64,000 nt of DNA from Anaerohalosphaeraceae bacterium (lineage in GTDB: Bacteria; Planctomycetota; Phycisphaerae; Sedimentisphaerales; Anaerohalosphaeraceae), in contig JBNRMN010000090.1 in NCBI GenBank assembly GCA_050309605.1, forward strand, positions 1-64,000, given 5' to 3'. Below, in pieces: positions 1 to 9,667 of this stretch. The position numbers were made by a program, and so were the translations under genes. Below the pieces are notes generated by a model. It was given only the letters and a program-made list of their open reading frames with translations. It did not search any database and was not told the DNA's origin. Numbering within the stretch: the first letter of the stretch is position 1; every line of letters begins with the position of its first letter.

Positions 1-2
1 AT

Positions 3-158
3 ACGCACGCCTTTGGTCCGATCGCGCTGCCGGCAGAAGCGATCAATCAGCCGTATGTGCAGTTGCTGTGGCGCTACTACCACATCGACGGCGACAGCGG
101 CCCGCGAGCGCAACTGCGTCTGGATGATATTGTGGTAACCGGCGAGTCTGCCTCCTGA
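3..158 (+). CDS. C-terminal fragment of a protein truncated by the window edge (possibly CotH-family secreted protein)
   Basis: Open frame from position 3, THAFGPIALPAEAINQPYVQLLWRYYHIDGDSGPRAQLRLDDIVVTGESAS, ending TGA 156-158. Family guess is from recall only. Confidence 0.5.
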   Translation, partial: THAFGPIALPAEAINQPYVQLLWRYYHIDGDSGPRAQLRLDDIVVTGESAS

Positions 159-171
159 GTACAGAACGCGG

Positions 172-1551
172 TTACAGACCGATCATTTGCTCGCAGTTTT
201 CCAGTTTGATTGTTGAATTGTCGCGAGCGGTGATGTTGACGTTTTTGAAGGTCCAGCCTTCGGCGTTTTTTATGGTTCCGGCGGTTCGTGCGCTGATGTC
301 GATGTTTTGCAGCACAACGTTGCCGGCCCTTTGATTCTCACGTCCGCTGACGGAAATCGCCCGCTCGGATTCGGTTGCCTTGATGTCGGCGATGCGGATG
401 TTGTAGATGTACGGCGTGCCTTGCTCCTGGGGCACTACCGTCATCAGTTTTTTCCAGTGCATCGGCAGCTCTTTGCCCTCGGCCTCGATTTCTTTTCGCA
501 CCTCATCCGGCACGGTGTTATACGCCGGATACCAGTCATAATCCAGCTTGATCGCTTCGCGAACATTGACCATCTCCACGTCGTGGATATATACATCCCG
601 AACGGTTCCGCCGCGGCCCTGGGTGGACTTAAAGCGAATGCCGGTGCTGGTGCCGTAACCCTTGAGATTATAAGCGCGAACGTTGTAAATGCCGCCGGAC
701 GTTTCGCTGCCGAAAGTAATCAGGCCGTGGCCGCGGCGGGCGATACAGTCGCGAATGACCACATTGTATGTCGGACGATTGACCCGCAGTCCGTCGGCGT
801 CGCGCCCCGCCTTCAGACAAAAATTGTCATCATTGCAGTCAATATCGCAATTTTGAATCAGCACATTGCTGGAGGAATCGATGTCGATGCCGTCGGAGCT
901 GGGGCCGACTTTCTCATCCAGATTGGCGCGGATGGTCAGCCCGTCGGCCACGACATTCGTACTGTAGCAAATATGCAGCGTCCAGAACCCCGGCTCGCGC
1001 AGCGTCAGTCCCTCGATAACGACATTGGAGGCCTCATAGATCAGAATCAGACGCGGCCGCTTGCAATCGTAATCAACGACCCATCGCAACCCTTTGGGTT
1101 CGTATTCCCGCCGCATCGTCCAGTACTTGTCCCACCACATCGAGCCGGAGCCGTCAATCGTGCCTTTGCCGTAGATTTTCACGTTGGAAACATGATGCGC
1201 GTTAATCAATGCCGCCGGCCAGTGGGTTTCAATGCCCGCAACCCTTGTATAGACATCCGGATAGGCCGATTCGTCCTGCACGCCCTTGATCAGCACGCCC
1301 TCATCGACGCGCAAATCCACGCGATCTTTCAGGAAAATCGAGCCGGTCCTATAGGTTCCCGGCGAGAAGACCACCGTTCCGCCGCCGGCTTGGGCACAGG
1401 CATCAATGGTCTTCTGGATGTGTTCGGTGCAGATCGTCCGGCCGTCCGGTTTAGCGCCGTAATCATCCACCAGGAATTCTGCCGAAATGGCGATACAGGA
1501 CAGACAACAAACACAAAGAATGATCGCCGCTGGTTGAAGCATCGTCTTCAT
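172..1551 (-). CDS. Glycoside hydrolase family 28 (polygalacturonase-like), secreted
   Basis: Signal peptide; GH28 motifs SDGIDID, NDDNFCLK, GHGLITFGSE, RFKS. Confidence 0.9.
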   Translation of the reverse strand: MKTMLQPAAIILCVCCLSCIAISAEFLVDDYGAKPDGRTICTEHIQKTIDACAQAGGGTVVFSPGTYRTGSIFLKDRVDLRVDEGVLIKGVQDESAYPDVYTRVAGIETHWPAALINAHHVSNVKIYGKGTIDGSGSMWWDKYWTMRREYEPKGLRWVVDYDCKRPRLILIYEASNVVIEGLTLREPGFWTLHICYSTNVVADGLTIRANLDEKVGPSSDGIDIDSSSNVLIQNCDIDCNDDNFCLKAGRDADGLRVNRPTYNVVIRDCIARRGHGLITFGSETSGGIYNVRAYNLKGYGTSTGIRFKSTQGRGGTVRDVYIHDVEMVNVREAIKLDYDWYPAYNTVPDEVRKEIEAEGKELPMHWKKLMTVVPQEQGTPYIYNIRIADIKATESERAISVSGRENQRAGNVVLQNIDISARTAGTIKNAEGWTFKNVNITARDNSTIKLENCEQMIGL

Positions 1552-1798
1552 TTGACACCTCTGGGGTTCAGGTTACCATTCAGTCCATCCTGCCGCCGAT
1601 GGCGGATGGATACTGCTGTTGTAACACCAAACGCTTTTCAGAGCAAGGGGTGACAGACAGGACTCACGACCGATACGGCGTTTGTCCCCGCGATGCGAGT
1701 CATTGCCCAATACACGGCTGGCGGGGTTTTTCCTTGACCGCCGCTGGCGGCTCAAGTACAGTAATCGCCGTAGAGATTGCTGTTTAGGGAAGGTTTTT

Positions 1799-3121
1799 AT
1801 GGATGCAAAAACGGTAAAAGTCGGTCTTGTGGGGTTTGGTACCGTCGGCTCCGGCGTGGCGAAAATCCTCCACGAAAACGGTCAGGAAATCGCCGAGCGA
1901 ACGGGAATTCGTCTCCGGTTGGCCTGCGTAGTGGACAACGATATAACGACGCCGCGGGTGGTCTCGCTTCCCGACGAGGTGCTGACCGACGATCTGAGGC
2001 GGCTGCTGGACGATAAAAGCATCGACATCGCCATTGAGCTGGTCGGCGGCACGACCGCTGCGAAAGACATCGTGCTGAACATGCTCACAGCCGGCAAACA
2101 CGTCGTTACCGCCAATAAAGCCCTGCTGGCTGAGCAGGGGGGCGATTTGTATCGAGCGGCGCTGAAGGCGGGGCGCTGTATCGCCTTTGAGGCCAGTTCC
2201 TGCGGCGGCATTCCCATTGTCTCGGCGCTGCGAACCGGGCTGGCGGCCAACGATATTACCGCACTATACGGCATCTTCAACGGCACAAGCAATTATATCC
2301 TGACCCAGATGACCGGCAGCGGGGCGGCCTTTGACGATGTGCTCAATGAAGCCCAGCGAAAGGGGTTTGCCGAGGCCGACCCGACACTGGACATCAACGG
2401 CACCGACACCGCCCATAAGCTGGCGATTTTGGCGGGTCTGGCGTTCGGCTGTCGTATTGAGATGAAGGATATCAGCATCGAGGGCATCCAAAATATTCAG
2501 ATTGAAGACATCCGAAATGCACAGGAACTGGGGTATGTGCTGAAACTGCTGGCAATCGGTGAAAAAGATCCCGATGGTCGGATTTCGCTGCGCGTGCACC
2601 CGTCGTTTCTGTCGGAAGATACCCCGCTGGCCGATGTCGATGGGCCGTTTAACGCGGTCAGCGTGTTCGGCAATGCCGTGGGCAATGTGATGTTTTACGG
2701 TCGGGGGGCCGGTATGATGGCCACCGCCAGTGCCGTCGTAGCCGATATCATCGAGATTGCCCTTGGAACCAGTGAACGGCTCTTTGAACGGATGCCGATG
2801 GTGACCGAAAAACGCAAAGCCGCCAATTTCAAAAAGATCGATGATATCCAGAGCCGATTTTACATACGGATTATGGCCAAAGACCAGCCCGGCGTATTTG
2901 CCCGCTACGGCCAGGTGCTCGGCAGGCATAACATCAGCATCAGCGGGGCGATGCAGCACGAAGGCGCCGGCCCGGAGAATACCGTGCCGGTCATTATCAC
3001 GACCCATCCGACCCGCCAAAAGAACATGACCGCGGCCCTGAAAGAATTGCAGCAATTGGATATTCTGCGCGGCACACCCGTCTGTATCCGAATTGTTGAT
3101 ATTCCGGAGGATAAGGAATGA
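1799..3121 (+). CDS. hom: Homoserine dehydrogenase with C-terminal ACT domain
   Basis: GFGTVG Rossmann motif, VVTANK, GGIP, NGTSNYIL, AEADPTLD, GRGAG; ATG at 1799. Confidence 0.95.
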   Translation: MDAKTVKVGLVGFGTVGSGVAKILHENGQEIAERTGIRLRLACVVDNDITTPRVVSLPDEVLTDDLRRLLDDKSIDIAIELVGGTTAAKDIVLNMLTAGKHVVTANKALLAEQGGDLYRAALKAGRCIAFEASSCGGIPIVSALRTGLAANDITALYGIFNGTSNYILTQMTGSGAAFDDVLNEAQRKGFAEADPTLDINGTDTAHKLAILAGLAFGCRIEMKDISIEGIQNIQIEDIRNAQELGYVLKLLAIGEKDPDGRISLRVHPSFLSEDTPLADVDGPFNAVSVFGNAVGNVMFYGRGAGMMATASAVVADIIEIALGTSERLFERMPMVTEKRKAANFKKIDDIQSRFYIRIMAKDQPGVFARYGQVLGRHNISISGAMQHEGAGPENTVPVIITTHPTRQKNMTAALKELQQLDILRGTPVCIRIVDIPEDKE

Positions 3122-4311
3122 CCGCCAAATATGTCATTATCGTCCCGGACGGAGCGGCCGACGATCCGCTGGACTGTTTTGACGGGCAAACCGTCCTTGA
3201 AGCGGCCGAGACGCCGAACATGGATCGCATCGCCGTCGAGGGACGGCAAGGGCTGGTGCGAACCGTTCCGCCGGGAATGACGCCGGGCAGCGATGTGGCT
3301 CTGATGAGTTTGCTGGGCTACGACCCGGCCCAAAGTTACACCGGTCGGGCGCCGATTGAGGCGATTGCGCAGCACATTCCCCTGGCTCCGGATGACTGGG
3401 TGTTTCGCTGCAATCTGGTGACCTGCGCTGACGGGCTGATGGCCGATCACAGCGCCGGACATATTTCAACCAAAGAAGCCCGCGAGATCATCGACGAACT
3501 GAAGGCCGCGCTTGAAAGTGAGTCGGTTACCTTTTATCCCGGCGTCAGTTATCGCCATTTATGTGTCATCAGCGGGATTGATTTTTCGAAAGTTACGACG
3601 CAGCCGCCGCACGATATCCTCGGTCAAAAAGTCGCCAAACATCGGCCCAAAGGAAAACACGCTGATTTTCTCAATGACCTGATGGCCCGGTCTGAACAGC
3701 TCTTTGAAAATCATCCCATTAACCGTGTTCGCCGCGACCTGGGCGAAAATCCCGTCAGCACGATCTGGCTCTGGGGGCAGGGGCAAAAAGCGCTGCTGGA
3801 GCGGTTCAGCAAAAAATACGGCAAGCACGGTGCGGCCATCACCGCGGTCGATCTGGTGCGCGGACTGGCCCGTCTGATCGGGTTTGACCTGATTCCGGTC
3901 GAAGGGGCCACGGGCTATGTGGACACCAATTACGCCGGCAAAGGACAGGCCGCGATTCGGGCGCTGGAAAACTACGATGTGGTTTTCGTGCATATCGAAG
4001 CGCCGGACGAGGCCGGCCACAGCGGCAACCCGCAGCAGAAGAAAAAGGCCGTCGAGCTGATTGACAAATTCATCGTCGGGCCGGTCTATGACGCACTGGG
4101 GCAGTATGAATCATACCGCATTCTTGTTTTGCCGGATCATCCGACACCGGTGAACACCCGCTCGCATATGGCCGAACCGGTTCCCTTTGCCATGGCCGGC
4201 ACGGGTGTCAAAGGCGTTCTTCAAAAACCGTTTTGTGAACGCCACGGGCAGGAGTCGGGCTTTGTCATCGAAAACGGCTCCGATATGATGGAATTTTTCC
4301 TGAAAATATAA
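3118..4311 (+). CDS. apgM: Cofactor-independent phosphoglycerate mutase family (ApgM; proposed homoserine kinase type)
   Basis: PDGAAD, PGSDVA, YTGRAP, EAPDEAGH, PDHPTP motifs; ATGA overlap with hom stop. Confidence 0.88.
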   Translation: MTAKYVIIVPDGAADDPLDCFDGQTVLEAAETPNMDRIAVEGRQGLVRTVPPGMTPGSDVALMSLLGYDPAQSYTGRAPIEAIAQHIPLAPDDWVFRCNLVTCADGLMADHSAGHISTKEAREIIDELKAALESESVTFYPGVSYRHLCVISGIDFSKVTTQPPHDILGQKVAKHRPKGKHADFLNDLMARSEQLFENHPINRVRRDLGENPVSTIWLWGQGQKALLERFSKKYGKHGAAITAVDLVRGLARLIGFDLIPVEGATGYVDTNYAGKGQAAIRALENYDVVFVHIEAPDEAGHSGNPQQKKKAVELIDKFIVGPVYDALGQYESYRILVLPDHPTPVNTRSHMAEPVPFAMAGTGVKGVLQKPFCERHGQESGFVIENGSDMMEFFLKI

Positions 4312-4326
4312 TCGTGGCCGGTTCTT

Positions 4327-4354
4327 TTGACATTTCGTCCTGTTGTGTTACAAT
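4327..4354 (+). promoter_or_regulatory. Sigma70-type promoter
   Basis: TTGACA-N16-TACAAT. Confidence 0.55.
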
Positions 4355-4533
4355 CATTTTCAAACGCATTCGAACTCGACTATGGATTCAAAGTAGTAAT
4401 ACGAAGCGGCGTACGGGTGTATCGTCCCATATAGAAATTTGGGGTATATGGTCCAGATTCACCGAAATCTATCAAGATGTGTACAGCGTCTGCAAATCCG
4501 AGCCGGAAAGTGATTTTACACGGGAGATTGAAT

Positions 4534-6093
4534 ATGAAGATTAGAGTGATTTTTGCCGCGTTTGTCATCAGTCTGGGAGCCGTTGCCTCCGCCGATACCT
4601 TTCGCCACCGGGACACCGGAGAGGTCTTTTACGGTTTTCGCACCAATCGACGTGCCGGCGGCAAGTTGCAGGTGTATCACAGCGAAGAGAAAAAGATGAT
4701 CACCATCGAAGAAAATCAGTACGACATCACGCTTGACGACAAGGGACGCCGGGACACGATTGTTCACATCCCCATCCGTCAGGCCGAGGCGCTGATCTCC
4801 AAAGTGGTGTCGGACCGCATCGCTCAGACCATTATTGACGCGGCCAACAGCGGACCGCAGTTGATTCTGATTGATATTGACTCGCCCGGCGGCCGCGGCG
4901 AATATGTCCGAACCATTGCTTCGGCCATCGAACAGACGACCCATTGTCCGACCGTGGCGTTTATATCCGGCGGGGAGTTTGCCGGGGTCTATTCGGCCGC
5001 GGCGCTGATCGCTTTGGCGTGCGATGAAATCTATATCGCGCCGAGCGCCTCAATCGGCGCGGTCGGTCCGATGACAGGCGCCTTCACGAATGAACAATTC
5101 GTGTCCTATCTGAATCTGTACTGTTCGGATACCCTGGCCGCCTACGCCGGTTATGCGATGTCGCTGGTCGATCAAGAGCCGCTGAGGCTGATTGTTCGAG
5201 CACTGGTGGATAAATCGGTCTCCGTCGTTGAAGTGGAAGATATTAACAACAGGACTTCATTTATCGAACGCCAGAATCGCCAGCCGACCCAGACCATTGT
5301 CCGCACACTGGCCGAAGGGGTCTCTGTAACGCCTTCTCGTGAGTCTTCCGCAGAAGGGCCGTTACCCGCTGAAATCATCGGTCGCGTCCTGATGCTGTCG
5401 TCCGCCGAGGCGGTGCGGATCGGCCTGGTGGACCACACGGCCTCTTCGGTTGAGGATATTACCCGTGCACGCGGCGTGCCCGATGCCCGGGTGATTCAGT
5501 CCTCCGACATTAACGCCACGGTCCGTCGATTTGCGGCCGCTCGGCGTACCATCGGACAGGGGCTGGCAACGATTGAACGGCTTGAAGACTACGCGGCCAC
5601 ACTCGAAAACCAAATCGCCCGCGTGGAAGATCAGCTTCGCACAGGGACCGTCACCCGTGAGGTCAGTCGTGTGGAGCCGCTGACGCGCCGCAGGCGGGTT
5701 GATTTTCCGAGGAGAGTGGACGAGTTTTACGGCATTGATTTCGGCGACACCGCCATTACACGAAACAGCCGCACCCGCAGTACACAGTCGGCGCGTGCGC
5801 GTCGGCAAAGCTCCGAATCCGAGCGCGTTATCAGCGATCAGCCCATCGCCAGCCTCGAAGTGCTGCGTTCCGAACAAGCGGTCGTGCTTCGCAACTTGAT
5901 TTCCGAATATCGCCGCATCATTACGCTGGCGCGCCGCTGGCCCGGCGGTCTGCCTCCGGAGCTGCCCGCCCAAACGCTCGAAAACAATATGAACTCCGCC
6001 TCGGCCCTGCTGGATCAAATTATGCGGCTGCCGATACAAACCTACCAGCCGCCTACGCAGCGAATTCCGGTACAGCCTCCATCACGTCGCTGA
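4534..6093 (+). CDS. Secreted ClpP/crotonase-fold (NfeD N-terminal-like) protein
   Basis: Signal peptide MKIRVIFAAF; IDSPGG, SAAALIALACD, APSASIGA; coiled C-terminus. Confidence 0.7.
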   Translation: MKIRVIFAAFVISLGAVASADTFRHRDTGEVFYGFRTNRRAGGKLQVYHSEEKKMITIEENQYDITLDDKGRRDTIVHIPIRQAEALISKVVSDRIAQTIIDAANSGPQLILIDIDSPGGRGEYVRTIASAIEQTTHCPTVAFISGGEFAGVYSAAALIALACDEIYIAPSASIGAVGPMTGAFTNEQFVSYLNLYCSDTLAAYAGYAMSLVDQEPLRLIVRALVDKSVSVVEVEDINNRTSFIERQNRQPTQTIVRTLAEGVSVTPSRESSAEGPLPAEIIGRVLMLSSAEAVRIGLVDHTASSVEDITRARGVPDARVIQSSDINATVRRFAAARRTIGQGLATIERLEDYAATLENQIARVEDQLRTGTVTREVSRVEPLTRRRRVDFPRRVDEFYGIDFGDTAITRNSRTRSTQSARARRQSSESERVISDQPIASLEVLRSEQAVVLRNLISEYRRIITLARRWPGGLPPELPAQTLENNMNSASALLDQIMRLPIQTYQPPTQRIPVQPPSRR

Positions 6094-6142
6094 GAAAGCG
6101 ACGCGTCGCGCTGCGGTGCGGGTGATTTGCCGTTGCGGGGCG

Positions 6143-7591
6143 CTACTCCAGACTGGCGATGTTGACATTGCGCGCCGCGGCGGTTTCGTCCAGGCGGCCG
6201 ACCGGCGTGGTAATCGGTGCGTTTTTCAGGCTGTCCGGATTGGTTTCGGCCGTGCGAGCCAGCTCAATCATTGCCCCGATAAACGCATCCAGCGTCTCTT
6301 TGCTTTCGCACTCGGTCGGCTCGATCATCAGCGCCTCTTTGACGATCAGCGGGAAATACATCGTCGGCGGATGAAAACCCGCATCGATCAGTCCCTTGGC
6401 CAGATCCAGCGCGTGCACGCCGTGTTGGGTCTGACGCGACGCGCTCAGGACGCACTCGTGTTTGCAGGTCTGCGGATAGGGCGTCTCATAATACGGCCGC
6501 AGCTTTTCCTTGATGTAGTTGGCGTTGAGCACGGCGTTTTCCGCGACGCGCTTAAGCCCCTCGCACCCGACCATCAGGAGATACACATACGCCCGCAGAA
6601 TGACGGCAAAGTTGCCGTAAAACGGGGCGATATAGCCGATGGTCTTGGGGCGGTCATAATCAAGGGCAAACGTGCCGTCCTGACGCTTGACAACGGTCGA
6701 AACAGGCAGGTAATCGGCCAGCTTTTCGACCACGCCGACCGGCCCGGCGCCGGGACCACCGCCGCCATGGGGCGTGGCAAAGGTCTTGTGCAGGTTCAGA
6801 TGCACGATGTCAAAGCCCAGATCGCCCGGACGGACTTTGCCGACGATGGCGTTCAGGTTTGCCCCGTCGTAGTAGGCCAGGCCGTCCACGCTGTGGATAA
6901 GATCGCAAATATCCTTGACGTGCGGGTTGAACAATCCCAGCGTATTGGGACTGGTCAGCATCAGCCCGGCCACCTCGTCGCTGAGCATCTCCTTCAGCGC
7001 CGTCATTGACATCACGCCGGTTTCGTCGCTTGGTACGGTCTTGACGGTATAGCCGGCAATCGCGGCGCTGGCCGGGTTCGTGCCGTGGGCGCTGTCCGGA
7101 GCGAGAATGATGCTTTTTTTGTTGCCGCGGTCGCGATGGTAGGCCGCCATCATCATAATACCCGTCAGTTCCCCGTGCGCCCCGGCCATCGGCTGCATCG
7201 TAAACGCGCTCATCCCGCAGAGTTCACGCAGCAGCCTGTCCATTTCGTACAGCACCTCCAGCGCCCCCTGGGTCAGCATCCCGCCGCCGCGAAGCTGGGG
7301 CAGCAGCGGATGCAGATGGGCAAAGCCCGGATACGACGCGATTCGCTCACAGACCTTGGGGTTGTACTTCATCGTACACGAGCCGAGCGGGTAAAAGTTG
7401 GTATCCACGCCGAAATTCCGCCGCGACAGCTCGGTAAAATGCCGCACCACATCCAGCTCGCTCAACTCCGGCAGGGCGGCGTCTTTTTCCCTCAGCAAGT
7501 CCTGCCGCAGATGAATGCTCGTCGGCACATCGCTGGCCGACACACGCAGACCCTGACGGCCCGGCACACTTTTTTCATAAACCAGCTTCAT
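6143..7591 (-). CDS. gcvPB: Glycine dehydrogenase subunit 2
   Basis: YPLGSCTMKYNP, AGAHGE, HLNLHKTF (PLP lysine), PHGGGGPG. Confidence 0.96.
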   Translation of the reverse strand: MKLVYEKSVPGRQGLRVSASDVPTSIHLRQDLLREKDAALPELSELDVVRHFTELSRRNFGVDTNFYPLGSCTMKYNPKVCERIASYPGFAHLHPLLPQLRGGGMLTQGALEVLYEMDRLLRELCGMSAFTMQPMAGAHGELTGIMMMAAYHRDRGNKKSIILAPDSAHGTNPASAAIAGYTVKTVPSDETGVMSMTALKEMLSDEVAGLMLTSPNTLGLFNPHVKDICDLIHSVDGLAYYDGANLNAIVGKVRPGDLGFDIVHLNLHKTFATPHGGGGPGAGPVGVVEKLADYLPVSTVVKRQDGTFALDYDRPKTIGYIAPFYGNFAVILRAYVYLLMVGCEGLKRVAENAVLNANYIKEKLRPYYETPYPQTCKHECVLSASRQTQHGVHALDLAKGLIDAGFHPPTMYFPLIVKEALMIEPTECESKETLDAFIGAMIELARTAETNPDSLKNAPITTPVGRLDETAAARNVNIASLE

Positions 7592-7617
7592 TTTTATTTC
7601 CTATTTCAAATTATTTT

Positions 7618-7644
7618 GCCACAGAGGACACAGAGTTCACAGAG
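7618..7644. repeat. Left inverted repeat, 3 x 9-mer with CACAGAG core
   Basis: GCCACAGAGGACACAGAGTTCACAGAG; 24/27 match to the reverse complement of 8208-8234. Confidence 0.9.
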
Positions 7645-7648
7645 GTTT

Positions 7649-8200
7649 TTACGATTTATGACAGAGCTTACACAGCAACTGGCAATTATCAATGTCATAA
7701 TCTTTTGAGGCATCTATTCTATGTAAATGAACACCGCGTAAAGAAGGGAAAGGTTTACCGCATATTTGACAGGCTCGAATGCCTGAATCCCACAACGCCT
7801 GCTTAAATGGTTTTTTCTGTTGTCGTTCATCTTGCATAAGTCGTGCATATACCCACCGGTTTATCTTGAAACGCAAATCCGCATTTCCATTTGCGGCTTC
7901 TGTAATTGCGATGCGCGTCTGTCGGAGAATCTCATCACCGCGTTCTTTTACCAAGTTCTGATTATTGGACCTATCGGCTATGTTTTCTGAAAGTTTGATT
8001 TTGACATTTCCAGAGAACTCTTCTTGAAATCTCCCCTTACAAATCTGGTAGCGATACCAGTTCCAATGCGTATTATTCCATGCGCTATCAGGGAAATAAG
8101 TCAAAACCTGTTGTTCCAGTTCCTCTGGATTCACTGCCCCATCACTCATCCGTACAAAATCGAAAACAAGTTCTTTAATTGTACGATATTTTTTATTCAT
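7649..8200 (-). CDS. HNH endonuclease family protein with uncharacterised N-terminal domain
   Basis: C-terminal CQIC...HLHRID...NCQLLCKLCH zinc/HNH pattern; visibly more AT-rich than its flanks. Confidence 0.75.
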   Translation of the reverse strand: MNKKYRTIKELVFDFVRMSDGAVNPEELEQQVLTYFPDSAWNNTHWNWYRYQICKGRFQEEFSGNVKIKLSENIADRSNNQNLVKERGDEILRQTRIAITEAANGNADLRFKINRWVYARLMQDERQQKKPFKQALWDSGIRACQICGKPFPSLRGVHLHRIDASKDYDIDNCQLLCKLCHKS

Positions 8201-8207
8201 TTTTACT

Positions 8208-8234
8208 CTCTGTGTTCTCTGTGCCCTCTGTGGC
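8208..8234. repeat. Right inverted repeat, 3 x 9-mer
   Basis: CTCTGTGTTCTCTGTGCCCTCTGTGGC. Confidence 0.9.
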
Positions 8235-8243
8235 TAAAAAAGC

Positions 8244-8265
8244 GATGGGCTAAAGCCCATCCTAC
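8244..8265 (-). repeat. GTAG-family REP-like palindrome
   Basis: Minus strand GTAG-GATGGGC-TTTA-GCCCATC, just after the gcvPA stop. Confidence 0.7.
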
Positions 8266-8270
8266 AGAAT

Positions 8271-9602
8271 TTACAAGATTGCTTCCAGTTCCTCGGCCAG
8301 CATTCCGATTTGTTGTTTGGTGCGTTTTTCGGTTACGGCGATCAGGATGGCGTTGTCCATTCCCTTATAGTATCGGCTCAGCGGGAAGCCGGCGGCGTAG
8401 CCTTTTTCGATCAGTCTGGCCGCAACATTGGCCGCATCGCAGGGCAGATCCAGCACAAATTCATTAAAGAACCATTTGGCGTGGAAGTGCGGCCTGACGC
8501 CGGGAATAGCCGTCAGCCGCTGATAGGCATAGCTGGCCTTGTCCGCGCAGAGCTGAGCGGTCTGTTTGAGGCCGTCTTTACCCAGCAGGCTCACATAGAT
8601 CAGCGCCACCAGTGCACACAGCGCTTCATTGGAGCAGATATTTGACGTTGCCTTGTCGCGTCGGATGTGCTGCTCGCGGGTTTGCAGCGTCAGCACGAAT
8701 CCGCGGCGACCCTGTTTGTCGGTCGTTTGTCCCACGATCCGGCCGGGCAGTTGGCGGACATACTGTTTTCGCGTGGCCATAAAGCCCAGATACGGCCCGC
8801 CGAACGACATCGGCAGCCCCAGGCTTTGCCCTTCGCCGGTGACAATGTCGGCGCCCATCGCGCCGGGTGTTTTGAGAATCCCCAGGGCTATCGGATAACA
8901 CGAGGCGATCAGCAGGGCGCCTTTGTCGTGGGCCGCCTGGGCCAGGTCGCTGAAGTCATCAATACAGCCGAAAAAGTTCGGGTTCTGCACCAGCACCGCG
9001 GCGGTCTTGTCGTCCAGTGCCGCCCGAATCGCCTCCCGATTGGCCAGCCCCTCGGTGTTGGTCGTTTCGATCAACTCGATGTTCAGGTTGCGCGTGTAGG
9101 AATGAATCATCACCCGGTAAATCGGGTTCAGCGAATCGTCCATGATGACCTTGTTTCGCCGCGTAATCCGCAGCGCCATCATCATCGCCTCATACATCGA
9201 CGTGCCGCCGTCATACATCGAGGCATTGGACGCTTCCATCTCCGTCAGTCGGCAGATCATCGACTGAAACTCATAGATCGCCTGAAGCGTACCCTGCGAA
9301 ATCTCCGGCTGATAGGGCGTATAGGCGGTATAAAACTCCGACCGTCCCGCCAGATCATACACCGCCGACGGAATGAAGTGGTCATAAAACCCGCCGCCCA
9401 GAAAACAGGTCAGGTGAATATAATTCTTGGCCGCCAGTTCCGCCAGTCGTGTGCGAACCTGCTGTTCGCTGAGGCCGTCGGGCAGATTCAGCCTGCCGCA
9501 GAGCAGTTCCTTCGGAATGTCGGCGAACAAATCCTCGGCGGTTAAGCCGATTTCGTTGAGCATCTCGGCCCGCTGCTGATCGGTGTTGGTGATATACGGC
9601 AT
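8271..9602 (-). CDS. gcvPA: Glycine dehydrogenase subunit 1
   Basis: TAYTPYQPEISQG, NASMYDG, TREQHIRRDKATSNICSN. Confidence 0.96.
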   Translation of the reverse strand: MPYITNTDQQRAEMLNEIGLTAEDLFADIPKELLCGRLNLPDGLSEQQVRTRLAELAAKNYIHLTCFLGGGFYDHFIPSAVYDLAGRSEFYTAYTPYQPEISQGTLQAIYEFQSMICRLTEMEASNASMYDGGTSMYEAMMMALRITRRNKVIMDDSLNPIYRVMIHSYTRNLNIELIETTNTEGLANREAIRAALDDKTAAVLVQNPNFFGCIDDFSDLAQAAHDKGALLIASCYPIALGILKTPGAMGADIVTGEGQSLGLPMSFGGPYLGFMATRKQYVRQLPGRIVGQTTDKQGRRGFVLTLQTREQHIRRDKATSNICSNEALCALVALIYVSLLGKDGLKQTAQLCADKASYAYQRLTAIPGVRPHFHAKWFFNEFVLDLPCDAANVAARLIEKGYAAGFPLSRYYKGMDNAILIAVTEKRTKQQIGMLAEELEAIL

Positions 9603-9667
9603 GAAACCCTCACGGAATCAAAATTCGTAAACAATCTGTCTTTATTTTAATGTTTTTCTGTGCTGAA

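Noticed and set aside
307..1653. 448-aa plus-strand ORF, and similar long antisense ORFs (13978-15072, 20656-21768, 40439-41494, 57750-59081)
   Set aside because: Shadow frames opposite well-supported genes in GC-rich DNA, with no recognisable motifs.
7652..7680. HNH C-terminal LCKLC codons echoing the CACAGAG repeat
   Set aside because: Leu-Cys codons (CTC TGT) naturally give ACAGAG on the other strand; likely coincidence.
7618..8234. Classical IS element
   Set aside because: The enclosed ORF shows no DDE, HUH or serine transposase motif, and I saw no target-site duplication.
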